Positions 12,768 to 24,256 of a stretch of DNA of 64,000 bases are shown one piece after another. The number at the start of each line of letters is the position of its first letter. Position 1 is the stretch's first letter. Source of the DNA: Octopus sinensis (lineage: Eukaryota); assembly GCF_006345805.1 (NCBI RefSeq), contig NC_043002.1, forward strand, positions 102,424,001 to 102,488,000, written 5' to 3'. The position numbers and the translations under genes were made by a program. The notes under the pieces were generated by a model that did no database searches, was not told the DNA's origin, and saw only the letters and a list, made by a program, of their open reading frames with translations.

Positions 12768-14289
12768 TGTCTCTGTATATATCTGAGTGTGTGTGTACTT
12801 ACGAGTGTGTGTGTGCATCTTTCAGTTTACTTTTTTCCTCCCACACCACCGCTTCACAACCAGTTTTGAAGTTCATGTCTACGTAGCAGTTCAGCAAATG
12901 ATTCTGATTGAATAAGTATCAGACTTTGGCGAAATTTGATTGCCAAAGTTCATTCCTTTGAGTAAAAAATTCTTCGAGTTGGAATCTTTTAGTGGAGTGG
13001 CTAAAAGAGTGACTGAGTGACTGAAAGAAGTGAAAAACAGGATATGGAATATATAGATATGTACATACATACGTACATACATGTATGTGTGCGTTTGTGT
13101 GTATGTGTATTCACACGCATACTTGCAACCATACATATATTAATGTGTTTGTATGTATATATTTGTATGCATGTGTATGCGTGTGTGTCATAACAGGTTA
13201 TGCCTGGAACTTTTGAATTTGGTCTAACGGTTTATTCGCCAAGTGGAAGTAACATTTCTTTCAAATGGCCATAAAGAGAGAAAATAGAAGGCATCATTAC
13301 GAGAAATGGACGATAAGGTAGTAATTGTTACAATTCTATATAAAATTGTTTATTTTATGAGAGTAAATATACGATAAATAAGGTTGAAGGTTAGTAAAGG
13401 GATAGTGCCAAGATAAAGAATGAAATAACATAAAAAATAGGTGAACGAAGGTCAAAGAACAGTCAAAGAGGTAGTGAGATATCAAGGCTAATATTTCTTC
13501 TGAATTAATCGAAGAGAAAAAAACGAGAGAGAAAGAGAAAAAGGCAAAACAAAAGAAAGCGGATATTTTGTAAGAGTGGAGTTATAAATCCAATCCGTGT
13601 GTTTCTATTTTCGTTATACGGGCTTTCATACATATGTTTTTTCTGTGTGGTTCTATTTGTATGAATGAATGTGTGGGTGCGTTGGTCAATGCGTATTAAA
13701 ATATTGCTATGAACTTCGGAAAGTTGACACGATATTTACATGCCAATTTTATACGGACTCTAAGTCTAATATTTAAATAATATATAGGTGTTTATGTATG
13801 TTTTTGTGTTTATGTTTTTGTGTGCAATGTGGGAGTGTATGCGTGCGTATTTTTGTGGGGAGAAAATTAAAACTTTTCATCATAGACAAAAGAAAGAATT
13901 TTTCTTTTTACATTTTTATTAAAATATGCTATTGGTTTCAGTTGTTTATTATGACGGATAATTCATTCTGTAAGAGGGGATACAGTTTATGAAATAAAAC
14001 TCATCTTTCATGATTTTAGCACTAGAAGTACACGCCTTCTAAATAAAATTCACATTGTGCTGGTATTTGATTTTATTCTAACGCCTGCAAGAATGATTAA
14101 GTAGTGACAAGATTTTTGGTAGAGGCAGTTTTTCGTTGTATCAGGCATAGAATATTGTTATTAAAGAATGGCTATCAGGTGTAGTGTAACTATTAGTGCA
14201 TGCTTGTGTCTCAGTAGTAGAAGTGACATTAAGTGCAGGCTAAGCATTTACTGTCATTTGATTTTTCTGTTTTGCTTTTAATGCTGCCT

Positions 14290-15060
14290 CCAACTTTATT
14301 GTCCGTACTCCGTGCATCGCCACTACTTACTTCCCTCCACGATCCACAAGCCCCATCGTTTCTGCCTTCAACTGCTCCACCGAGCTTATTTCCAAGTACC
14401 TTGACTGCGACTTTTCCCCCAACCCACTCAAGTTCCTTCCATCCCCCCTCACATCCACAACAACAATCATGCTCTTCTTTTATCTAACTTCTTTTCTCCT
14501 GGACACTCCCGACTCCTGTTCACTCTAGATGTGAAATCGTTATAAACCACTCCCCTATTACCAACTCCCCTCTTACCAACTCTATCCAATACTAAAGCAC
14601 TCCCCTCTTACCAACTCTATCCAATACTAAAGTACTCCCCTCTTACCAACTCTATCCAATACTAAAGCACCGACGCACATTCCTATTCCAGCTCCTACTC
14701 CAAACCTACAACACCAAACACTCGATCCCCTACACTCAGTTCCTCCGTCTACGTCGGCTCTGCAGTGATGATCATGATTGAGACCCAGTCGCAACTCATG
14801 ACTCGCCACTCTACGTTAATATACCCTCAACACTATCCGAACTGGCTCTACTTTAGAACGATTCGTTCACCATGCCCCTGCACTCCCTCCCCATACCAGC
14901 ACCAACCTTACCCGCCTCCATTTTCCCCTCATCTACAACCCCTACACCCTAACCATTCAGCACACCATTCTCCGAGCCCCCCATCGACTCCAGTCCGACA
15001 CATTCACCTCTAATTTCTTCTCTAATCTTCACCCCCTCCATCTTTCAAACGCACCCATAA
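14290..15060 (+). mobile_element. Neptune-like PLE RT fragment with internal deletion
   Basis: SPIVSAFNCSTELISKYLD, LLFTLDVKSL, SIPYTQFLRLRRLCSDD, PLIYNP..IQHTILR; the RT core between them is missing. Confidence 0.8.
14565..14669 (+). repeat. 35-bp unit x3 (CTCCCCTCTTACCAACTCTATCCAATACTAAAGCA)
   Basis: Copies start at 14565, 14600 and 14635. Confidence 0.95.
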
Positions 15061-15074
15061 CCTGCGTCACCTGT

Positions 15075-15131
15075 GTGTATGCGTCTATGTATGTATGCAT
15101 GCATGTATATATGTATGCTTGTGTGTGTGTA

Positions 15132-15227
<96 letters not shown>

Positions 15228-15230
15228 TGT
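15075..15230. repeat. Long (GT)n microsatellite
   Basis: Directly visible. Confidence 0.95.
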
Positions 15231-16430
15231 GTTAGATTTATGATTACCTACTCTTGAAACCGAAGTTTCATAGAATTTTTAAGCTTGAAAGTTTTCGGTG
15301 TCTGCACGTGAACATAAATTTAGAATATTTTACAAAACATGTGTAAAACAGAAAAAAAAATATTACGAAAGCGCGGCGACAGTTGATGTTATGACGACAA
15401 GATCGTTCTTCACATAAATACACACACGCATACACTTACGAAAAGCATACATACACTCTCATAGAGGCGTCAGTATATCACACAGCCACACACATACACA
15501 GCAGGCTGCAATATTACAGCAACTGAAAATTTTATCTTACAACGTTTACCGTACTTATGTAAGTTGCAGGGATGGTTGCGTGTTTGTATTATGAAAGATT
15601 CATGCTTCACATATTCACATACCGTTTGCCTGGCTAGCAAGCGGATTAGAATCGTATGAACACTAAAACAATATGAGAAAAAACATTGTGAGTAGCGATG
15701 TGTAACGTGCAAAAGTGCAGTAGAACAACAATACAATGAAACAGTGATATTAACATATGGATCCTACGTTAACATTTGGGTACTCATATATAACTTGCTT
15801 CCTATATTGTATCCACGTACAGGCTTTTTATCTATTTATACTTATATTACTTATATAGTTGTATATATATTTATATATCTTTATACATATATTTTTTACA
15901 TATTCATTGAGATATTGGTTTATAGGTTTATTGCCTATAAAATTTTATACACAAAACTTTTCTGTATTCTACCATCCACACTGCATTTTTCCTGTGCGTA
16001 TATATACATGTATATGGAATACTTTGTGCGCTCGTGTGGATGTGTTTTTGTATGCGCGTGTGTGCATATATAGGTGTGTGTGGGCGCGCATGAGTAGGTA
16101 TGAATATGCGCACTTACGCGAATACTATGAACTTTTTACCCCCTTAATTTTACTCCCTCCCCTCACTTAGCGGTCATTCAAATAGCTCTTTTGTCTTAAT
16201 AACGGTCAATTACACAGTAATTTCCCTTTGTATAACGGTCATTTTCATAGCATTTTTTCCGATGGCCGCATAGCTGAATAGATGGCGGCAAGGATTTTCA
16301 CCTCGGCATCCGAAACTCGGAGTTTTGTCATGGCTACCGAATAATTGTCACATATTACATTTACAGATAAATTCCTCTATTTACATAATATCGAGGTATC
16401 TTCATACTTTTGTTGCCTTACTATTTTTAT

Positions 16431-16476
<46 letters not shown>

Positions 16477-16610
16477 GTGAAATAGAAAGATGATAATCTT
16501 GTAGTGGATTAATCAAAAGTTTAACCGATACCTTAGTAGCAAAAATCACAGCAGTGAACAGCACGGTTGGAGGTACAACCATCTGGCGTTGCAACCGTGC
16601 GTTGGTGCGG

Positions 16611-18570
16611 ATAATTGAAATTAAAACATTATTGGTGAATTGAAGAAATGGAGCTGAACGCAGATTGAACAGAAATCGTTTTATTTCATTCTACACGTGT
16701 TTCGAAAGGCACAAATTACCAAAATCCGATTGAATAATGGGACCATATTGTGTCTTTCTCTTCAGGAAGAAAAAGGGAAATCCGTTGGAAAAACAAAAAC
16801 AGAACAGAGGCAAGCAAAAAACAAATCGAACTGTGCTCCTAAGAGCCCATGGCGAAACTGTTTATCAGTGTATGTTGAGAACCGGTGGCTGAAGAATTCA
16901 ACAGGTCAGGCATCGGTCAAACATGTGGGTGAGGGTGTATAGATGTTCTTTGTGACCGAGAATAAAGTTCTGACTATTTAAAGAATATTGGATGTTTTAT
17001 AAGGGGCGAGAAAAAATCTACTTAGAGACGTGTGTGTGTGTATACTGTTCTATATATGTGTGTGTTGGCGTAGGGGTAGAAAACATTTTTTGTGTACGTG
17101 TGTGCGTTTGATCGTTCGGCTGTCAGTGGCTACTGCCGTGATAACCGTTGGGTGGCAGGAAGAAAAAATAAAGAAATTATATATATATATTTTATGTTTT
17201 ATGTGTGTGTGTGTGTGTTCATCTAAGCCTACCTTGACAAGGAAACCCCCCTGTGAAAAAACAAGCCCCGTTTGTCTTACAGGAGTAATTTCCCTTGCAG
17301 TGGTTAATTGTAGATATCTTAAAATCTATTTCAGAATTTGTTACCAAGGGCTATGGGTGCCGGTCTTATTATAAACGCTATTTAAAGGCCAGATAAGTGT
17401 AACGCCGCCAATGGGGGCATCGAAAAGCCGACTCTAAGAGCCCGTTTTCCATCCGGCCTCTGGCAAACAAAATGGAAGAGTTCGGAGACACAAAGTTGCA
17501 CTGTCTACTGCCCCTATCAAATGGGAGGGCCACCGACAAAATTGACCATTCCAGCCTATAGCTTAAGTTCGCATCCTTCAGTCGCCATATTAGCTTACTG
17601 AGTCCCGTGGTCTGGCGCTTGTTCACGTCCCGAAAAGTTGCGTAATGGTTGGAGACACGCAAAGACAATCTTGAGGACGATGCCCCTATATAAGTGAAGG
17701 CATCTGAGTCCGTGTAAACCTTGCATTGGTAGACGGCGTTTTTGATCTTGGAGTTCGCCGACGTGAATCTTACTCTGCTAGGATTGGTTTCTGAAATTAG
17801 AACTGCGTTCCTGTCACTATATTCGTTCCGAGACCTGCAGCCGCTTACTACTCTATTTTCCACTACGTCACTATTAACTATAGGAATAACCCCTGATTCT
17901 CCACTATCTATCAGAGTGCTGTCATTGCTACTGCCCGTGGTACTGCTATTGCGGGAAATGATGCTGGGGATGCTAAAGGGCTCTCTACCCTACTCCCATT
18001 GTTACCATCAACCACAACACCCCTATTTATAACTATACCCCTAGTGGGTACTCCCTGGCTGGAGCTGAGATTATGTGTCACTGTACTGGCTCTCATATCA
18101 TTATTACTACTATAATTATTCCTACTGAGCATTAAGCCGGGAGCGGAAGAGGCTGTGCCTCCGGAAAAAGGTGATAGGGTCTTAGTAAGTAGCCTATTAT
18201 TATGGGAGGCGATTATCTGGGCGAGGTTTTTAGTGTTGGAGAAAGCTATCCTAACTTTATGTGAGTTAACCGTGGAGTAATATTTGGAATTTCTGGGGAA
18301 GTTATTGGCGATGGCTTGTCTAAACATGAGGGGGAGTTAGTTCTAATCTGCTTACCAAAGGGGATTACAAACCATATATGCTTATTCCTATCAGTGTGAT
18401 GGGTCGGGACGCCAGCTCTCGCATTTGGGTGGGTGATTCTCGGATGAATAACGGGTCTTGGTTAGTGTAAGACCTCCCGGACCGATAATTATCCTTGTTC
18501 GCTAAATTAAATGCGGGAGCGACTACCCCGGTATCCGCCGCGCTCCCGTCCTTACTTAAAATGTTAATGT
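16611..18570 (-). repeat. Left inverted arm (copy of PLE 3' half)
   Basis: Near-identical to the reverse complement of 19565-21527; differences are scattered 1-2 bp indels and a few substitutions. Confidence 0.95.
16684..16772 (-). ncRNA. Mirror hammerhead in the left arm
   Basis: Reverse complement of 21366-21454 with core intact. Confidence 0.85.
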
Positions 18571-20762
18571 TATATTTAAACACCGAATTCAAATGAGAAC
18601 TCAGCCGCTTAGCCCCAAGCAACCCAGATTTATAGTGAAGGACCATAAACCTAACTTCCACACCAACCCAGCGCTAAGACTCATATGCCCTGCTAGATCT
18701 GATATCGGGATAATCAGTAAGTACATTTTAGATAAATATATCCCTAGTTTAGTAAACAAGCTGAAGCTCAGCCTCTGGGCCAACTCCTCGCAGGTAGTGA
18801 AGTGGTTCTCTTCCATCCCCAATAAGAACCGTACTAGGTTCATTCAGTTTGATATCGCCAGCTTCTACCCCTCGATTAACCCTAGTGTGCTAAATAAGGC
18901 CCTCTGGCATGCTCACAACAAGGCAGGCCTCACCAAGAAGAGATAGATATCATTTTAGTTGCCAGGAAATCGTTTATTAAGTTTGATAATAAGCTGTGGA
19001 TCCGTAAGGATACTCCCAATGAATTTGATGTGCCTATGGGTAGTTCGGATAGTGCGCAGATAGCCGATTTGGTCGGAATATATATTCTCTACGAATTGTC
19101 CGATCAATTCCCGGAAATCGCGGGCGGCCTGTATCGTGACGATTGTCTGTTTTACCTGCAAACACCACGAACAGAATAGTGCAGAAAACTAAGAGCAGGT
19201 TAGCTAGGTTTTTTAATAGAATGGGCATGAGTATAGTTTTTGATAACGAACTCACCAAGGCTAATTTCCTAGACGTTACACTTAACCTTAATAGCGACTC
19301 ATACTGCCCTTACCATAAGCCTTCCACTAATTTGAAGTATGTCAGTGTCTTCTCAAATCATGCCAAAACCGTAACAGACAATTTGGTTAAAACATCTCTC
19401 TAAGATTGTCTGGCCTGTCCGCCAGTGCCGATATTTTTATGCAGAAAGCGGATTTTTATAACGCCGCACTATCCAAGGCCGGTTATAGGCAGAAGGTAAT
19501 TTATATTGATCCGGCCCTTCCGATGCCATCATTCGGTCATCAGGATAGGGCCGTATATAATAACACATTAACATTTTAAGTAAGGACGGGAGCGCGGCGG
19601 ATACCGGGGTAGTCGCTCCCGCATTTAATTTAGCGAACAAGGATAATTATCGGTCCGGGAGGTCTTACACTAACCCAAGACCCGTTATTCATCCGAGAAT
19701 CACCCACCCAAATGCGAGAGCTGGCGTCCCGACCCATCACACTGATAGGAATAAGCATATATGGTTTGTAATCCCCTTTGGTAAGCAGATTAGAACTAAC
19801 CTCCCCCTCATGTTTAGACAAGCCATCGCCAATAACTTCCCCAGAAATTCCAAATATTACTCCACGGTTAACTCACATAAAGTTAGGATAGCTTTCTCCA
19901 ACACTAAAAACCTCGCCCAGATAATCGCCTCCCATAATAATAGGCTACTTACTAAGACCCTATCACCTTTTTCCGGAGGCACAGCCTCTTCCGCTCCCGG
20001 CTTAATGCTCAGTAGGAATAATTATAGTAGTAATAATGATATGAGAGCCAGTACAGTGACACATAATCTCAGCTCCAGCCAGGGAGTACCCACTAGGGTA
20101 TAGTTATAAATAGGGGTGTTGTGGTTGATGGTAACAATGGGAGTAGGGTAGAGAGCCCCTTTAGCATCCCCAGCATCATTTCCCGCAATAGCAGTACCAC
20201 GGGCAGTAGCAATGACAGCACTCTGATAGATAGTGGAGAATCAGGGGTTATTCCTATAGTTAATAGTGACGTAGTGGAAAATAGAGTAGTAAGCGGCTGC
20301 AGGTCTCGGAACGAATATAGTGACAGGAACGCAGTTCTAATTTCAGAAACCAATCCTAGCAGAGTAAGATTCACGTCGGCGAACTCCAAGATCAAAAACG
20401 CCGTCTACCAATGCAAGGTTTACACGGACTCAGATGCCTTCACTTATATAGGGGCATCGTCCTCAAGATTGTCTTTGCGTGTCTCCAACCATTACGCAAC
20501 TTTTCGGGACGTGAACAAGCGCCAGACCACGGGACTCAGTAAGCTAATATGGCGACTGAAGGATGCGAACTTAAGCTATAGGCTGGAATGGTCAATTTTG
20601 TCGGTGGCCCTCCCATTTGATAGGGGCAGAAGACAGTGCAACCTTTGTGTCTCCGAACTCTTCCATATTTTGTTTGCCAGAGGCCGGATGGTAAACGGGC
20701 TCTTACAGTCGGCTTTCCGATGCCCCCATTGGCGGCGTTACACTTATCTGGCCTTTAAATAG
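18571..20762 (+). pseudogene. PLE RT plus GIY-YIG polyprotein, 5'-truncated, interrupted by ~6 single-base frameshifts
   Basis: KDHKPNF, FDIASFYPSI, FDVPMGSSDSAQIADLVG, GLYRDD (19132-19143), NFLDVTLNL, IWFVIPFGKQIRTN, NAVYQCKV...YIGAS...RVSNH, CNLCVSE, RCPH. No premature stops within the reconstructed segments. Confidence 0.9.
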
Positions 20763-21365
20763 CGTTTATAAATAAGACCGGCACCCATAGCCCTTGGTAA
20801 CAAATTCTGAAATAGATTTTAAGATATCTACAATTAACCACTGCAAGGGAAATTACTCCTGTAAGACAAACGGAGCTTGTTTTTTCACAGCGGGGGGTTT
20901 CCTTGTCAAGGTAGGCTTAGATGAACACACACACACAACATAAAACATAAATATATATATAATTTCTTTATTTTTTTCTTCCTGCCACCCAACGGTTATC
21001 ACGGCAGTAGCCACTGACAGCCGAACGATCAAACGCACACACGTACACAAAAATGTTTTCTACCCCTACGCCAACACACACACATATAGAACAGTATACA
21101 CACACACACGTCTCTAAGTAGATTTTTTCTCGCCCCTTATAAAACATCCAATATTCTTTAAATAGTCAGAACTTTATTCTCGGTCACAAAGAACATCTAT
21201 ACACCCTCACCCACATGTTTGACCGATGCCTGACCTGTTGAATTCTTCAGCCACCGGTTCTCAACATACACTGATAAACAGTTTCGCCATGGGCTCTTAG
21301 GAGCACAGTTCGATTTGTTTTTTGCTCTGCCTCTGTTTTTTTTGTTTTTCCAACGGATTTCCTTT

Positions 21366-21454
21366 TTTCTTCCTGAAGAGAAAGACACAATATGGTCCCA
21401 TTATTCAATCGGATTTTGGTAATTTGTGCCTTTCGAAACACGTGTAGAATGAAA
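21366..21454 (+). ncRNA. Type I hammerhead ribozyme in the PLE pseudo-LTR
   Basis: TTTCTTC CTGAAGA GAAAGACACAA-(loop)-TTGTGCCTTTC GAAA C ACGT G TA^GAATGAAA. Canonical core, 11-bp stem II with one mismatch, palindromic loop III, GUA cut after 21446. Confidence 0.88.
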
Positions 21455-22526
21455 TAAAACGATTTCTGTTCAATCTGCGTTCAGCTCCATTTCTTCAATT
21501 CACCAATAATGTTTTAATTTCAATTATATATATATATATATATATATATATGCATACATATACGGCCTTATTTATGTATACGTGTATGTACGTATATGCA
21601 TGTATTTACACACAAACATTGAACAAGATGTAGTGTTATGCATGCATAGACGTGAGCTTCATCGTGCATGTGTATACATATACTTATGTATGTATGCATA
21701 GATTTATTGAGAGTTGTATGTGAAGGATAAGCGGAGATATGTTAAAAGCTTAATATATAACGACATGTTTGTTTTTTTAAAAATTGCAAGCTGCAGATAT
21801 ATCTCGATAGGTTTGCATGCATACATTTACGATAATGTTCTATTCCTTATTATGCAAGTTTTGTGCGTTAATGTTAACATAATCTATAACACTTAATGTT
21901 TAAAATCAGTTATTATACTTTATTTCTTGCTTTTCATTGCAATTTAATATGGCACTAGTTTACATACTGACAATCATGTAGCAATCTAACGTTACTGCAC
22001 TTGAGAGATTTTAAAATTTAATATTATTCTGTCACTATGTTACTATAACATCGTTTCTTCACGGAACCCACACACACACACAAACATATATATATATATA
22101 TATATATAGTCTCAACGCAAATGCATCTAAGCACGTACTTACCCATAAGACACTAAACACTTGCACAATGGTGTTTAAAATCGTTAAGCAAACTAGTTCA
22201 AAATATTTTGTCATGTATTTAATGGAATTCTTATTATTGAATCTAAAACACTTGTTATTACACCTACATATGGGAACATCACATGATTAAAATTTTGATT
22301 TTCCTAACCTTACTCTTAACTCAACATGAATAAGTTAAGAGACACAAATATACACAACCATTGCCACTCACATTCACGTACAAATACAATCACACAGACA
22401 ATAAATGAAAGACAAAATCTCACATTCTACACTAACAGAAATCTTTAACATTCCTTTTTATCATTTCCTCCTTTACATTCTCTCTGTTTCACATTGTTTT
22501 TTAGATCCTCGTAAATGCTATCTACT

Positions 22527-23100
22527 ATAACTACACCGTCCCATAACGTCCTTGGCCGTTTGATTCTCACTGTTCACCTTACATGTGTTAGTTTGTTAAC
22601 GTCTGACGGATGTCAGCACACATCAACAAATAGTTTGCTGAAATTAAAAGCAAGGGAGTCGGTTTTTGTTGTATTCGTTTATCCGTATCTCCTTCGTCTG
22701 TCGTGGAACATCGATGTCGAAACATTGGATATCCCACAATCCCTTACATTAATGGGTCGAGTGTGTTACGAACAAACCTGCGTTGTAAACGAGAAGTTGT
22801 TCTACGGTGACGAAACACAGCAGAGATTAACATTCTCGTGTTCGAATCTGCATAGATATGCAAGTCAATGTTTTTCATTGGCTTCCAAGTCAACTACTTT
22901 TTTTAAATCGGTAAACTGTTATTTATTAGTTTTTTACTCTGAGCAAAAGCACTTTTCATTTAAAAGTGTTACATCATTTTAGTTCAATTCTTTAGCACGC
23001 TTTTTCTCATTATAAAATTTCCCAACTTTCTCTTCAGCAAAGAATTGTAAACAGGAATGCAATTCTATTACTGGTCGTTTAAACCGTCATATAAAAAATG
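22527..23100 (-). mobile_element. Highly degenerate mariner relic
   Basis: FVTVEQLLVYNA (cf. IVTGDEKWILYNN) and GLWDIQC..PRQTK.I (cf. WWD..G...LLP..TIN). Confidence 0.35.
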
Positions 23101-23185
23101 GGGAAAAAATATTGTAACATACTTTACTCTTAGAAAATTACTATTTTTCAATCTCACGAGAGATAATCAACAACAATACTTTGTA

Positions 23186-23580
23186 GTAAAGATTGTTTGC
23201 TAACGTGACATGGCAGTCCTGGTTTAGGACGAATGTTGCTGTAATTTAGCCCCAGGAGACATCGTCTCCACCTGGCTAAACGACTCGATCTGTGTCCTTA
23301 TATTTTCGAACAAGGGAATCTAGCACCCCAACTAAACTCACAAAAATATCTGTGTATTGCGATTTCTGAACAATTATTCTGTGTTGATGAAGAGAAATAT
23401 CCCGGAAATCGCGATACACAGATTTTGTTTTGAGCTGAGTGGTAGATGCCCTTGTTCGAAAATATAAGGATGCAGATCGTGTCGTACAGCCAGCTGGAGA
23501 CGATGTCTCCTGTGGGTAAATTACAGCAACATTCGTCCTAAACCAGGACTACCATGTTATGTTGTCAAACAATCTCTTAC
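23186..23580. mobile_element. Foldback MITE, ~180-bp TIRs, TA TSD
   Basis: GTAAAGATTGTTTG...CAAACAATCTCTTAC; arms complementary over most of their length; TA at 23184-23185 and 23581-23582. Confidence 0.9.
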
Positions 23581-24256
23581 TACTTACTTTGCTCTTATTT
23601 TAATATTTTGCCTCTACATTAAAAACTTACTTTAAGATAACATTAACATCTACCTATCTATCTACCCACATATGCCTGCGCGTACATATGTACTTATGTA
23701 TGCGTGTATATATATACACACACTCTCTCTCTCATATAACGTATGTAAATGTACAAACGAACGGTTAACAGACACAAAATGGCAAGTTGAAACACACAGA
23801 AAACGCATAGACGAACAGAAAACACTCAGAAGATCCCCAACTCCTGATCCGTTATTCTGGGTTCGTTACTGGTGGCGACCAACAGGTGCTGCCGGGAAAT
23901 GGAACCGAAACATAACGGAACAGGCAGGTCAATAAATGGATAAGCTAGCAATACAGAAGTGGACATACGGAAATGAAGGAATTCAAGACGAGACCAATTT
24001 GTGGACAAACGAGGGAAAAAAAGCGAAATAAATGGAGAAACAGAATATAGCTTCAGTGCTCGACGAAGACGGAATTATGGGTAACGCTAAGGAAAATCCT
24101 AAAAAGGATTGGAAACTGGAGGGCGACAAAGTGCGAAACGGGTTTTAAATGGAAGGTGGAGGAATCACGACAGGTTGCTTCAGCGGCCGGCGTAAAACAA
24201 GAAAATGAGGAAGAATAACAATGATGACCGCGGGTCACGTGTTAGTAGTAGGAATT

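Larger units (their letters stand above)
16611..21527 (+). mobile_element. Young Penelope-like element (Nematis-like motifs) with ~1.96-kb inverted terminal duplication
   Basis: 16611-18570 is the reverse complement of 19565-21527. The spacer encodes RT motifs; GIY-YIG and an HHR occur in both arms; (TA)n on both sides. Clade assignment is from recalled motif pattern only. Confidence 0.93.

Noticed and set aside
14565-14669. Short direct repeats as a CRISPR array
   Set aside because: No spacers; eukaryotic PLE context.
17742-20395. Antisense ORFs (17742-18032, 20093-20395) over the PLE linker
   Set aside because: Mirror-frame by-products of the sense ORF; no independent support.
16611-21527. 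Large inverted repeat as a missed-adapter or chimeric-read artefact
   Set aside because: There is a 994-bp unique spacer continuous with the right arm's ORF, the arms stop at the element's 3' end, and the outer flanks differ. Considered unlikely, though not excluded without reads.
16611-21527. ADAR hyper-editing signature between the two arms
   Set aside because: The differences I saw are mostly indels and transversions (T/A, C/G, A/T), with only one A/G.
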